DNA of 64,000 nucleotides from Vicugna vicugna (GCA_013265495.1 MU058037.1:1799498-1863497); one strand, 5' to 3'. Shown: positions 50,620 through 63,919, numbered from the stretch's first letter. Program-made: numbers and translations. The notes: generated by a model not told the origin, from the letters alone.

Positions 50620-53260
50620 CTTTTATTCTGTGATTTTAGAGCACAATGAAAGGACAACCAAGGATCAGCCTATATTTGAGAAAAGCCAACAGCACAAAAA
50701 TGAATAAACAGAGCAAATAACCTACAGTGGAATCAGATAATTCAGAGAAGTTAAAAAAATTTTAATGAGTATCATCAGAGACATTTGAGAAGAGGTTGCA
50801 CATACAAAATAAAATTCATCTGCTAAGAAAAAAGAGTACAAATAAGAGCAACATAGAAGTTCAAAATATTATTGCTAAAATTATAAAATGAATAAGAAGA
50901 CTGAAATAAAATAACCAAAGAAATCTTTTGTAACAGAGGAGAAATATGAAGAAAGTAAAAATATGAGAAAGAAGGAAAAGATTAAGAAAAATGATCTATG
51001 CTAAATTCCTAGAAATAAGACAGAAGTAATGAAGGGATAAAATTATGGAAGAAATAATACAATATTTCTAAAAGCTGAAGAAAAATTTTAATGTTCAGAT
51101 TGAAAGAACCCCCTCTAATGTCCAGCAAGATAAATTAGACATATTCAGAGTGTCAAAGATAAAGAAAAGAACATAAAATATTTTAGAGAGGAAAAAGCAT
51201 GTTAGCTACAAAAGAATCACAATAAAATTGTATCAGTCAGTTATTAGGAGGCAATACAGCAATGCCTTCAGATTTCCAATGGAAAATTATTATTATTATT
51301 TTAGCATTAAAATTTTTTTAAATTGTGGTAAAAAGGACATAACTTAAAATTTACCACCATAACCATTTTTAAGTGTGTGGTTCAGTGATGTTAAATACAT
51401 TCACATTGTTGTTGAACCAAATTCAGGAAATTTTTCATCTTGAAAAACTGAAACTCTATACCCATTAAACAATAACTTCCCATTTCCTGCTACCCCCGGC
51501 TCCTGGCAAATACCATCCTACTTTCTGTCTCTCTGAATTGAACTACCCTAGGCACTTCATATAAGAGAAATCATACAATATTTATCTTTTTATGATTGGA
51601 TTATTTCACATAATATAATGTCCTTACATTTCATCCATGTTGAAGTATGTGTCAGAATTGTCTCCCTTTTTAAGGCTGAATAATATTCCATTGTATGTCA
51701 TACTACATTTTGTTTATCCATTTGTCCATTGACGAACAGGTGGGTTGCTTTCACCTTTTGACTATTGTGAATAAAGCTGCTGTGAACATGGGTGTACAGA
51801 TATCTTTTTGAGACCTTACTTTCAATTTTTTTAGATACATATCCAGAAGTGGAATTGCTAGATCATATGGTAGTTCTATTTTTAACTTTGTGAAGAACCA
51901 CCATATTGTTTTCCATGGTGGCTGCACCATTTTATTACATTCCTGCCAATAGTATACAAAGAGTCCAATTTATCTACATCCTCATCAACACTTGTTATTT
52001 TCTTTCTTTTTAATACAGCAGCCATTCTGATAGGTACGTTGTGATATCTCATTGTGATTTTGATTTGCATTTCCCTAGTGACCAGTGGTATTAAACATCT
52101 TTTTCATATGCTTATTGGTCATTTGCGTATCTTCTTTGGAGAAATGTCTATTCAAGTCCTTTGCTCATCTTTTAATTGAGTTATTTTGTTGCGGTTGTTG
52201 AATTACAGGAGCTCTTTGTATATTCTGGATAACTCCCTATCAGATAATGATTTGAAAATATTTTCTCCCATTCTGTAGGTTGCCTTTACACTTTGCTGAT
52301 TGTGTCCTTTGATGCACAGAAGTTTTAAATTTTCATATAGTTCTAGAAAATTGTTTTTAACCTAGAATTCTGTATACACCTAAAATATCAATCCTTTATG
52401 AAGGCAGAATAGATATTTTCAGATTTGCAAAGACTCAGATAATTTTCCAGTCTGGAAATACTTATTTGAGTTTATTTTGAAGTAACATGAAGTTGGGAAG
52501 AAGAGGCTTCTAAGGAGCAATAGAATAATATAGGGTTATACTAAAAAGAAACTCCCAGGATGCAGCAGGATGCTACAGACCCAGAAAGTATTAGTATGGT
52601 TAAGAAATTGTATGATCTTAGTGACATGATGATAAAGGTACATATTTCCTGGTTATTAAGATAAAAGAATGTCTCCAGAAAAAAATATGTACAAGAAAGT
52701 CACAACTCAAATATGGAGCAAACTAATGCATGATTTGATTTTAAGCAACTGATACAGTCAGTGCAAGAGAACCAATTCAATCTTGACAGTTGGAGCTGTG
52801 GCACAGGTTCTTAGTGCCAAAGGTTTTGTGACATATATTTAAATGTCTTTATTGTACAGTCATGCACCTTGATTCACAAGGAAATAAGATTTACATTAAT
52901 CATAAGAGTATAGATATGTTCATTAGCTTTTGGTTGCAAAATCTTTCACAGTAAATTTGATTATGGTAAAGGTAAAGCTGACAGACGGCTGGGAAGTGGA
53001 GGAAAAATGAAAAATAGCCAAGAGTAGCAGAGGTTAAATTTCTTATGCTATGTAGTGAAAGTCAATATATACCATGTAAAGTATCAATAAGTGAAGGTTT
53101 AATTGCATTATAAAATTATAATGGCAATCAGTAGAGAAATTAAAACTAAAAATATCATCACAAAATATTGAAAAGGAGAGAGGATTGTGTGCTAAAATTT
53201 CTCATCTTCATTATCGGAAAGTTCCTGCTAATAAGTAGATTGACTAAAATATAGAGATAT
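50620..53260 (+). mobile_element. Ancient HAL1/L1ME-like ORF1-region remnant, interrupted by a younger L1
   Basis: Very A-rich; TTCAGATTGAAAGAACCC, CAATGCCTTCAGATT...GAAAAT, AACCTAGAATTCTGTATACACCTAAAATATCAATC are ORF1-like motifs. Confidence 0.6.
51295..52345 (-). mobile_element. 5'-truncated L1 (L1MB-like)
   Basis: AAATTGTGGTAAAA...AAAATTTACCACCATAACCATTTTTAAGTGT 3' end; ORF2 C-terminal remnant MQIKITMRYH in ORF 51882-52070. Confidence 0.9.
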
Positions 53261-53274
53261 AAATGTATACTTTA

Positions 53275-53462
53275 TAATGGTATTTTTCAAAGTTAGTCCC
53301 ATAAACTACCTGAATCAAAACTACTCACAGTAGTTTTTAAAAATTCAGATTCCTTGGCTATACTCCAGATGTTTTTGGAGTGATGTCCAGTTATCTGCTT
53401 TTGAAGCAAGCAGCAAGCTTTTCAGGTAACTGTTGTGTACACAGAAATTTAAGAACCACTAA
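53275..53462. mobile_element. MER5B-like hAT-Charlie MITE
   Basis: TTTTTCAAAG...AAAATTCAGATTCCTTGGC...CAGGTAACTGTTGTGTACACAGAAATTTAAGAACCACT. Confidence 0.65.
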
Positions 53463-54299
53463 TTTAGAGTAATGGAAGTAACCACCAGAAAAATTAAACA
53501 TAAAAACTGCCTGTTACAATTGGGTATTAGGATTAGGAGGTGATAAGGAGAAATATTTTAAGCTTTCCTCTTATTCTGTATGGCTTGAATTTTTATCCCC
53601 ATATGTTAATATTACTTTTATAACTGTAAAAAGTGTGGCAGAATAGGGGTTGCCAGTGTCTTTACTGAACCCCTTCATCTCATTCCCAGATTATTAGAAG
53701 GCATGGGAACCACTTGAGGGAGACCCAGTGTATGTTCTTCAGCCCTGACTGAGTTATCTTTGGAATCTGGATGCTCCCTACTATTAATGATAATAATATT
53801 TGTAACCCCTTAGTTATCTCTTAGTTATGTATGTAATGTCTGGGATGGTATGCATACACAGTTTATTGCTAAAAATAAAAAATAAAAGTGGGAGAAGGAG
53901 AAGGAAAGTTATAAAATTATCTTCAATATATACTGATTATAATTTTTGTACTGATCCCATAAAGTCCTAAGAGTCCACACAAAGTTACCCTTATTTCTAT
54001 GGCCTCTGCCCCTTTTCTCCTACCTCAAGTCCCCCGAGTCCCCTCAATTTCTTCTGCCTTCCTGCCCTCTCACCATATTTTTTGTTCTATCCTCAAGGGT
54101 AACTCCAGATTCATCCTGACCTGTGTATCTCTAGAGAACTTTAATTTCTTTCTGTTCTTTTTTCTAATATTGACCTTATCTTCTAATTTCTGTGTCTTAC
54201 CTCACTAATACACTTCCTACCTCTTTACTCCATTTTACTAAAGTTTCCATCCCATCTAACACTTTAGCCATAAGAGGTGCGTTGTATCGTGTTGATTCG

Positions 54300-54530
54300 A
54301 AGCCAAGAGCTGTTCCAAAAGCTTTACAAGCATTATTGCCCTTAATCCTCACATCAGCCTTATGAAGTAAAGGTATTAGTTTCATCTTATAGATGAGATA
54401 AGTGGGTCTTAGAGAGGTTTAGTGACTTACACAAAACTACACAGTGAGAAAGTGGCAGACGGCTGATTGAAATTCAAGTCTGTCAACAGAGCCCAAGTTC
54501 TTAAGTTGAACAACATTCTGCCTCCTTAAT
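54300..54530 (-). mobile_element. MIR SINE
   Basis: TTAATCCTCACATCAGCCTTATGAAGT...TTATAGATGAGATAAGTGGGTCTTAGAGAGGTTAGTGACTT. Confidence 0.8.
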
Positions 54531-54728
54531 TAGTCCCTATCAGGCTGCCATACTTGTCATCATCCCCATATCTTCCATCCCAACTCAGATTTTATCTCAT
54601 AGAGATGTACGTGGGTTACAATATGAAAGTATTAGATTTCCTTTATTAGAGTGAAATATTGGGATTTGTTCATTTTCCCCTTGCCCCAAATGGAGTTGTA
54701 GGAACATAGTTCAGCAAGTGCTTTGGAT

Positions 54729-54851
54729 TTCTTTTTTTTCATATTGTTTTGTGTATATATATATATTTATTTTAATTGGAGGTACTGGAGATTGAACCCA
54801 TGATCTCATGCATGCTAAGCATGCTCTGTACCACTGAGCTATACCCTCCCC
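54729..54851 (-). mobile_element. tRNA-Ala(AGC)-derived camelid SINE (vic-1-type)
   Basis: Reverse GGGGAGGGTATAGCTCAGTGGTACAGAGCATGCTTAGCATGCATGAGATCATGGGTTCAATCTCCAGTACCTCCA plus A-rich tail; A and B boxes present. Confidence 0.88.
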
Positions 54852-54879
54852 TCTCCAAACTTCAAGGGATATAGGTCTG

Positions 54880-55110
54880 GTGAGGTAGTTCGAGCAGGAT
54901 TTTTGGATTCAAACAGGCTTAAATTTAAATCCCATTTTCACTACTTAGTAGCTCGGTGACCCTACACAAGTTGTACGAACTACCTAAGCTCCTTGCACCT
55001 CGTGGAAAAGTGAGACAGTACTGTTATGTTTAACTTAAGAAATGATTGTGAGGTAAAGTCGTGTAAAGCTCCTTGCATGATGCTTGCCAAATGGTAGTTG
55101 TTGCTCTTGT
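54880..55110 (+). mobile_element. MIR SINE
   Basis: GGATTCAAACAGGCTTAAATTTAAATCCC...CACTACTTAGTAGCTCGGTGACC. Confidence 0.65.
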
Positions 55111-55175
55111 TAGAATTATTGTTATTATCATCATCATCATCACAGTTAGCATTGCTAATTCAGCAGCAACTTTCT

Positions 55176-56000
55176 TTTTTCTTTTTTTTTAACAGCTTTT
55201 TTGAGATATAATTCACACACCATACAATTCACCCATTCAATGATCTTTGGTATATTACATTATCAATGTTTTTAAACTATAATAAAAATATATATAACAT
55301 AAATTTACATTTTTGTCATGCCTGAGTGTACAAAATTCAATAGTATTAACTATTAACAATGTTGTGCCACCTTTGCCACTATTTCCAAAACTTTCATCAC
55401 TTCAAACAGAAACTCTGAAATCATTCAGCAATAACTCTCTGTTCTCCCTTTTCCCCATCCCATGTTAACTTTAATTTACTCTCTACCTCTATGAATTTGC
55501 CTATTCTAGATACCTCATTTACATGGAATCATACAGTATTTTCTTTTTGTGTCTGTCTTACTTAACTTAGCATAGTATTTTCAAGGTTCATCCATCCTGT
55601 AGCATATATCAGTACTTCATTCCTTTTAAAGGCTGAATAAGATTCCCTTGTGTGGATACACTGCATTTTGTTTATCCATTCATCTGTTGATGGACAGTTA
55701 GGTTGTTTGACCTTTTGGCTATTGATGGTAATACTGCAATGAACATTATCATTTAAGTATCTCTTTAAGTCCCTACTTTCAGTTCCTTTGGGTATATACC
55801 TAGAAGTATAATTACTGGGTCATCTGGCAATTCTATATTTAGCTTTTTGGGGAACCACCGAATTGTTTTCCATAGCATCAGCACCATTTTACATTTCTAC
55901 CAGCAATGTACAAGGGTTCCAGTTTCTCCACTTCTTCTCACACAATTGTTATTTTATATTTTTGAAAATTATAGCCACCATCATCATAAGTGTGAAGTGG
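55176..56000 (-). mobile_element. 5'-truncated L1 (L1MA/L1MB-like 3' end)
   Basis: TTAACAGCTTTTTTGAGATATAATTCACACACCATACAATTCACCCATT end; perfect 17-bp TSD TTCAGCAGCAACTTTCT at 55159-55175 and 56001-56017. Confidence 0.9.
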
Positions 56001-56834
56001 TTCAGCAGCAACTTTCTAATCCAGGATTCCTCATGAATGTGAGATGTGACTAAGATCCTAGACAATGGAGATGAACCACACTTTTCGGATACTGTGCTCA
56101 ATCCTTAGCTCTAAGGCTGTTGGTGGAATTTTACCATAATCCCTAGAAAAAAAAAAGACAGTTTTCCTGTGTCTATAAGATTCTTGGAGAATAATTTTGT
56201 TGCCGAGAAGTTGCCTTAATTTGCAAGGTTTTGAGTAGGCTACATGTATTTGGAGGCAAATAATCACAGTGGACAATTAAACAAGTGTACAGATCAGGTC
56301 CAGTATTGTAACACAATAAGCAATCACAATTTTTTAAAAAATTGACTTAAGACATTAGCTAGAGGTTTGTGGAACTGACAACTAAAACATGATTCCTATA
56401 GAGACAAGCTAATTGTAATAGTGGCTGGAAGAATACCTGAAGCAATATCAAAATGATCTCCACTACATATTTAATAGGGTTTCAAATTCTAGCAAAAAAA
56501 ATTTAAACTAGATTTGTGTGATATCAGGTGGAACACAAGCTTTCTCTGATTTTCTTTTCCCTCTAGATATTATTCTCTGTAATGCTGAGAGTACATGCCA
56601 CTCTGGCTGGATATATTGGGCTGACTTCATGTCAAATCAATGTTTATCTGCCCTTTGGCACAGAGAAAGTGGAAAAGAGTAATTCAGGGTGTACTTGAGC
56701 TGAAACAAAGGATAGTCACTATGGCCATGAAAGTTGTGACATTTTCTTGTCTGCCAATATGGCATGAACTGAGGACATTCTTCCCTCGTGATTTCTAGCA
56801 GCATTGGCAAAATATGTGCTTCTGTGAAGTTAAG

Positions 56835-56905
56835 TTTTTTTTAATGGACTTACTGGGGATTGAACGCAAGACCTTGTGCATGCTGAGCATGTGCTCTACC
56901 CACCC
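56835..56905 (-). mobile_element. 5'-truncated tRNA-Ala-derived camelid SINE (vic-1-type)
   Basis: Reverse GGTAGAGCACATGCTCAGCATGCACAAGGTCTTGCGTTCAATCCCCAGTAAGTCCATTAAAAAAAA. Confidence 0.8.
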
Positions 56906-56965
56906 TAGTTTTTTTGTTTTTGTTTTTTGCTGCTATTAAACAGACATACATTTAAAAAAAAAAAG

Positions 56966-56966
<1 letters not shown>

Positions 56967-57001
<35 letters not shown>
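56967..57001. repeat. (CA)n microsatellite
   Basis: About 17 perfect units after an A run. Confidence 0.95.
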
Positions 57002-57004
<3 letters not shown>

Positions 57005-57144
57005 CTAATCTTTGAAATACCATGTAAAGCCTTGTGATTGAACCTATCTGATTCAATAAATGGAAGTGTTACATAGAATTTGCACAGAGCTAGTATCTTT
57101 ATTTGGCAGGTGGTACAGGCTAGTTTTTTTTTTTTTTTGAGCAC

Positions 57145-57400
57145 CAGCTTAGGACTTAAAGAAACCTGGCTTTACCACTTAGCTGTATGTCTCTGACCGT
57201 GGCTATTAATTTCTTTGAGTCTCAGTTTTCTCATCTGCAATAAAAAGATCATGACATCCACCTCATAATATGATTGTGAACATTTTATAAGTATCTGTAA
57301 TGTGCTTAGTATTTTGCCTCAGAGATCCTCTAAGTGCTCAATAATAATAACTGATGTTTATGAAATCTTAGTATAATGGCTCAATAAACAGTACCTATTA
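57145..57400 (+). mobile_element. MIR SINE
   Basis: CCTGGCTTTACCACTTAGCTGTATG...GAGTCTCAGTTTTCTCATCTGCAAT. Confidence 0.75.
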
Positions 57401-57544
57401 TCATAATTTTATATGTGTGGAAAATACTTGTCACATATTTTGTTAGTGGATACACATTGTGATATTATTTTATGTAAGTATAAAATAATAATAAATATAA
57501 TGATAATAAAGTCATGTCAACCTTAGAGTAATAATTTATTATTC

Positions 57545-57737
57545 TGGAGAGACTGGAGAGGAAGAAATGGTTCACTCCAATATGTCGACGAGCCATTCAA
57601 AGACAGAATGAATCAACTCTGGAATCCAGACATTCTCTGGAATGCTTTTAAGTATAGGCAATGACCAGTTGGTGGGAACATTGTGGAAGATACTTAAACA
57701 TAAATGACCTCCTAGTTCTCTTCCAACTCTGAGAGTC
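57545..57737 (+). mobile_element. L3/CR1 or MIR3-like 3' end
   Basis: AATGACCTCCTAGTTCTCTTCCAACTCTGAGAGTC terminal motif. Confidence 0.5.
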
Positions 57738-58479
57738 AATACTTTATTCTCATTTCCACTAATCCCTTGATATCAACAATGGCTTCCCCATCATTCATAA
57801 ACAGAACAGAAGGTTCAGAAAACTTTACCCCCCAAACCTTCCTTTAGCATAGCTGCAGAAAGAACTAGACTCAATTTTGTTCTAATTGGTGGAGAATAGA
57901 CTCCCTTGGGCTCCTTGAATGTCAGGTATAACTTGATCTGTTCCCCTTCTATTGAAAATGGGCTATGTTTACTTCCTTTTCTAAGCTGAGGTTTCTCAAC
58001 CCTCAATAGGTGGATGAGATATGGTTCTACTGCTAAGGAAATGAAGCAAAAACACCCACACAATAATCGTTCCTCTCTTTCTATCCTGGCTGAAATAAGC
58101 CAAAAGACAAACAGCAAAATATCAAGCTGAAAAATCTTTCAGGGAGAAGCAACCTTGGGGGCTGTGGAATCCTTCCTTATTTTACCACAGACAGAATGGC
58201 TGATGTAATAATAATTTGCAGTTAGATTAAGAAGTGAAGAGATGCATCAAAATATTAACACAAAGCTAATTAACTTTTAGGAGCTTTATGGTTTCAGAGG
58301 AAGATATAATTTTCATCATAAGCAAAAAATTAGTTATTGTTTTGGCTAACTTATCCCAATTTCTTTTTAGGCCCCTTATTAGAACAAATGTCTTTAGAAC
58401 ACCTTAGTTTCTGTTTATTGAATTCTTTTCTTTTATCCAAAAGGAAAGATGTAGCTCTGATCCTCAGGACCTTACAGAA

Positions 58480-58890
58480 GTAGTCTAGTGCTTAGGAATC
58501 AAGACATTGTAGGCATAGGTTTTGATCTTGAAATGCCATGTACTCTCTGTATAACCTTGCATAATGTCCTTTACTTTTCTGAGCTTCAGTTTTCTTATCT
58601 TCAGCATGTCGATAATAATACCTACTTAATAGGGTTGCTGTAAGGATTAAGGGAGATAGTGTATGTAAAGATGAGATAGGATATGAAATCTAGCATGTGC
58701 AGCCTTTAGTTACTGCTTCATCTCTTAGTGGGCAAATTACTCCACCTCCTCTGCCTCAGTATCCTCATCTATAAATTGGTGATAATAATTGTACTAGCTA
58801 CACAAGGTTATTATAAATTAATTATGTATAGTACTTAAAACAGTGCCTCAAACATAGTATGTGCTCAATTAGTGCTGGCTATTATTACTA
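58480..58890 (+). mobile_element. Two adjacent MIR SINEs
   Basis: TCTGAGCTTCAGTTTTCTTATCT and CTCTGCCTCAGTATCCTCATCTATAAATTGG cores. Confidence 0.8.
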
Positions 58891-59240
58891 TTGTTACTAT
58901 GATTATCATTACCACTACTACTGGAGTTTTTGAGAAATAAATTGTCCAAAATGATCAAGAAGTAGATCTTGAGGTTGTTCTTGAAAGATGGGAAAATTTT
59001 AATTTAGGTGGAAAAGAGAAGGTGATGAGAGCAAAATGAGTAAAAACCCATAGATGGATAGAGCTGTTCTTGGAAGTAGCTGGATTAGAGAAGTCAGGAT
59101 GCCTTGGTGGGAAGCAATACTAGGTCATTAATTTTAGACTTGATTCTAGAGGGTTAATTATCAGATGCCGACTCAGTTCTGGTTTTACATGCCCTTTCTG
59201 TATAAGTGTCCACCATCCCTAACTGAATTCAACAGAGTCT

Positions 59241-60035
59241 TTTTTATTTTATTTTATTTTATTGAGTTATAATCAGTTTACAATGTTGTGTCAATTTCCA
59301 GTGTAGAACACAATTTTTCAGTTATACAGGAACATACCTATATTCATTGTCGCATACTTTTTCACTGTGCTGTGAAAGATCTTGTATACATTTCCCTGTG
59401 CTATACAGTATAATCTTGTTTATCTATTCTATATATACCTGTCAGTATCTACAAATTTCGAACTCCCAGTCTGTCCCTTCCCACTCCCCTCCCCCTTGGC
59501 AACCACAATTTGTATTCTGTGTTTATGAGTCTGTTTCTGTTTTGTATTTATGATCAATTGTCTTTTACTTTTCTTTCTTTTTTTTTTTTTAGATTCCACA
59601 TAAGAGCAATTTCATATGGTATTTTTCTTTCTCTTTCTGGCTTACTTCACTTAGAATGACATTCTCCAGGGACATCCATGTTGGTGCAAATGGCGTTATG
59701 TTGTCATTTTTATGGCTGAATAGTATTCCATTGTATAAATATACTACATCTTCTTTATCCAGTCATCTGTTGTTGGACATTTAGGCTGTTTCCATGTCTT
59801 GGCTATTGTCAATAGTGCTGCTGTGAACATTGGGGTGTAGGTGTCTTTTTGAAGTAGGGTTCCTTCTGGATATATGCCCATGAGCAGGATTCCTGGGTCC
59901 TATTGTAAGTCTATTCCTAGTCTTTTGAGGAATCTCCATACTGTTTTCCACAGTGGGTGCACCAACCTGCATTCCCACCAGCAGTGTAGGAGGGTTCCCT
60001 TTTCTCCAGAGCCTCTCCAGCATTTGTCATTTGGA
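59241..60035 (-). mobile_element. Young camelid-type 5'-truncated L1, inserted in an old MLT1-like fragment
   Basis: TTTACAATGTTGTGTCAATTTCCAGTGTAGAACACAATTTTTCAGTTATAC (same type as 10928 copy); ORF2 C-terminal sequence; TSD core CAGAGTCT at 59233-59240 and 60040-60047. Confidence 0.9.
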
Positions 60036-62149
60036 CACTCAGAGTCTCAATTCTCATGCTCAGAAGAGAATTTGACTGGTTGGCTCAGCCTGGGCCATGT
60101 GTCCATCTGTGGTCTGAGCATCTGTGGCCAGGGGTTTGAGTCATAGGGCATATTAAGTTCAGGATTAACAAGTAAGGCAATGACTAGCAAAGGAGACATC
60201 ATTTTGTTTACATATCTGGATTGGAGCTAAGGCAGTCCAGCATGAGCTATAAGCAACTTGCATAGAGGCTTTATCTTATGCATCATGGTCTCCCAGTGTT
60301 TGGCACATAGTAGGCAGCTAAACAGATGTTTACTACATTGAACATGTACTCAAAAAGAAGGAATGTATTTAGAAATTCTCCATCTCCTTACTCAACTTCA
60401 CAGCATAGATACACAGAGCTAGCCTCTGCATTGGTATCACATTCAAAACTAATGTCACGTAAACTGCTTGAGTGAACAAGAAAGCCCATGCCAAGTCTAC
60501 AAGTGCTTTACAATTACTTTCTTCAAAGAAATGATCCATACAGTTTGGAAGTTCCAACTTTCAAATTCTTTGTGTAGTATTGTCCTAAAAGTGTATCCAC
60601 AGTTAAGGTTTTCTGTATAGTCACATTAAGGTTTAAGAAGAGTCTCCTTTGCTTAAGCATAAAATCATTTAGTTGGATCATTTCTTAATCCATAAAGTTT
60701 TTACTCTTCTGACAATTCACCTATGATAGAAATAGTTTATGAACTGGTTATGAAAAGTCCATTTAGAAGATCAAATAGCAGATGTCAAGATATCAGATAT
60801 GAAGTTTTAAAAAATACAATAAATAAATATTTTTCTTTATAAAAGCCTTGCCTATTTTTCTTTTAATAACTCCTTCAAATATATTCTAAATTAAAAGCAA
60901 GCATCTATAAACTTTTAAATGGTTAATTTTTACTTCTTTTTTCTCTCAATTCTATATGGCATTTATTATTCTCTTTTATCTAATTATATGTCTATGATGG
61001 TGTCACCCTTCTATAATGAAGCATATTTTGAGAGGCCTTTTGAATGATGGAGGTATGAAAATTTCAAAGGTCTTCATTAAATTCAGCTACAGGCAGAAGA
61101 AAAAATATGAGCCATGATCCTCAAGCCCAATTGGTTTCATGTATTCTAAATTTAATTCACATCCCATGACTTCGTCACTTTTTACTCAGTTAAAAGTATC
61201 CTATTCATAGATTCAATCATCTTATTAAGATCTGGAAAACATTTTTCATACTTTAACTCCACTACTGAAACACACTCTTTCTTCTTGCCTATAAAAGCTG
61301 GCACCATCTCAGTCCTAAAAAGGAAAATTCATCCCTAAAGAAAATTTCAGTGGCAAATTTAAGCACTTTAAGTATCTTGCTACCAATATTTTAAACTTTT
61401 TTTCATTTAAATTACATTCTGAATCACTTAAGGCCCTGAATTGCTAAGTAGAACAACAGTATGGCATGCTTTTTCCAATATCCATTTTGTATTTTAGGGC
61501 CTTGTGATATTAAACCTATATGGAAACCCCTAATTCAATGTATTTTTGGCCAGGCTGTCATTGACAGTCTTTTGGCCAGGCTGTCATTCTCTGCCCTTGG
61601 TCCCGATGGTCCTTGGTGAGCGACTTCATTGAGAGTCTGCGCTTGTATATGCTCTGTCCTTTGAGCATACAGAGAGGAGCGTTCTGGAATGAATCAAATG
61701 CACTGTCTTATGGCAGGTCTGTAACTTCTTCCCTCTCTTCATAGCTCTACAGAGATAAAGCAACTAATATTTTGAGTGACCTTTTGCACTTACAGTTCCC
61801 ATCTGTTGTGGCCTGAAATTACCATCTAAGTTCTTGCCATGTGAGGCTCTGCAGGGTTCCCCTTGATCTGTCAACCAAGCATGAGCAGTTATACAAATAG
61901 CACACAATTTCAAAGGCAGACAGGCTGGCAGAATCAGCCTCCATTTGCCCATTCTTTTACCATGTTATAAAACTAAGCTGTTCCCGTCTACTGCCCACAG
62001 ACAGAGGCCTTTTTTAAATTCTAGCAAACCTGATCCCAGGCACTTGCCAGCAAAGTCTTAGTCTTGTTAACTGATACTGGTAATGAAGTGCATCTGAAAC
62101 CAAGCTTCTTATAAGCAAAAGGTATCTCCATTTTCAGATCAAGTTCTTT

Positions 62150-62690
62150 TCTTTTTTTAGGATAATTTTTTCCTGATTATAATCAAGACATGTGTCTGTT
62201 GTGGAAAGTTTGGAAAATACATGAAAGAATAGGGAAGGAAGTAACATTACTCAAAAGTCAATTCCTACAGATAACCAGTGTTAAACTTGTACCGTATTTT
62301 CTTTCAAAGTTGAGATTTTACTCTGCACATAATTTTTAAAACATTATAACCATATTCATTTAAAGTAATATTTTAAAGTATTATTTTAATGAATGTATAT
62401 TAGCCCATTGTGTGAATACACTAATTATTTTAGTTTGCTGTAATTTATTTATTAATTCACTCAATATTGGACATTGTACACTTAGGTTTCCAATTATTCA
62501 GAATGATAAATAACCCTGTCAAAATATTCATTGGTCTCTATAATTATTTTAATAGGTTAGGTATCCATGTTCATCTTTTAAGTTCTTAACAGCCTCTCAG
62601 ATTGCTTTCCAAGAAAACTGTAATACACTCACCTGCTAATTTTATAGGTGAAAAATTAGATCTTTCTATTCCACTTCTTTTTAATTAAAA
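62150..62690 (-). mobile_element. Ancient L1ME-like 3' fragment
   Basis: TTTTCCTGATTAT...GAAAGTTTGGAAAATACA...GATAACCAGTGTTAA...CAGATTGCTTTCCAAGAAA. Confidence 0.6.
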
Positions 62691-63196
62691 TTTGGCTAGT
62701 ATAGAGACCATTCTGGATGCAAATCAAGAAAACAAGAGTAGAAGGAGTGGTGGCTTTGACTCTCTTTATGGTCCAGCCATAGGGGAAGGACAGTGCCCGT
62801 GGCTTCCACTTCCATCTTCTCTGAGGTCTTGCCTGGTGGTTGAGGAGCCGCAAGGAGAGACCTCTCTATAAGAATACTTCTTAGAGTGTAATAAAACCAC
62901 AATTCATATTTTATTAGCACTCTTCAGTTTATTAAGTTCCTTCACATTTATTGTTATAGTAGATTCTCAAACATCCTTTCTAAGGATGGTGTTCTTATGG
63001 AGATACATGGGTCCCTATGCTCTCAGGTTGCTAGAGTCCTCCATTTCCCCTAGCTTTTCTGGCCGTAGAAGTATTCTAGGCTGGCATGTGATAGATTAAC
63101 GGCTCGAAATTAAACTCCTTTCTGTTATTTTAATACTCTTTATGTTGTTACAGTCCTCTCTGTTATTCTTGCTGTTGTACCACAGTTCCTATTGCA

Positions 63197-63356
63197 AAGG
63201 CAGATGTATGGAAAAGAATTTAAGCTTCAGGGCCTCTCAATTGCATAGGTATTTTTGAAGGCCCTGTACTCAATTCTGTATTTGTAGTTTTGCCACCTTT
63301 TTAAAAAAAAGCCCCCCCAAAATGTGTAGGCTCCAAAAAATCTGGATCCACCCCTG
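63197..63356. mobile_element. MER53-like hAT MITE
   Basis: TTAAGCTTCAGGGCCTCTCAATTGCATAGG ... AAATCTGGATCCACCCCTG. Confidence 0.7.
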
Positions 63357-63919
63357 CTCCATAGATAGTAGGACCCTAAGAGCATAAATATAACTGCCAG
63401 GGGTTCTGGGGTAGGAGAAAGTGGTTAGAAACTTTCAGTTTGGGCTGGAGAGGGCAAAATATTGCTAGAGTATGGGCTGTAAAACTGATAATGCCAAATC
63501 TTTAAGCGCCTCCCAAATGTCTCTCTCAGGCAACAGACGCAATCATTTTCTTCAGAAGAATCCTGTGTCATTGGCCTCCTCAGGGACAAAGCTTAGCTGA
63601 TAACTGATTAGCATCGAGTCAGGACCCAGGGACCTTGGAGGCAAGGTGGGCAGAGGAGAGGCATTGCCCAAGTTGAGGACCTTGTAGAGAGGGCACAGTT
63701 GAGGCCAGATTGAGCTGATGTAAAAGTAAATGGATCTTGGTGTTTATAAGTTTGGGGAGGCACAGTACGCACAATGGGGGCCACTTATCTCAAATTATGA
63801 ATAAATTAGACATTGTATTAAAGACTTTAAACCCAACATATGATGAGTTACCTATCTTGTCTTGCCTGAATTGGCTTAGTTTCACCTCTGACTGGGCTTC
63901 CATCTGTGGTCAGGTCTAT

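Noticed and set aside
54777..54851. Possible tRNA-Ala gene
   Set aside because: Extra 5' bases, stem mismatches and an A-rich tail indicate a SINE
49718..60146. ORFs at 49718, 51882, 55847, 59781 and 59874 as genes
   Set aside because: They are L1 ORF2 C-terminal or 3'UTR remnants, or their antisense frames
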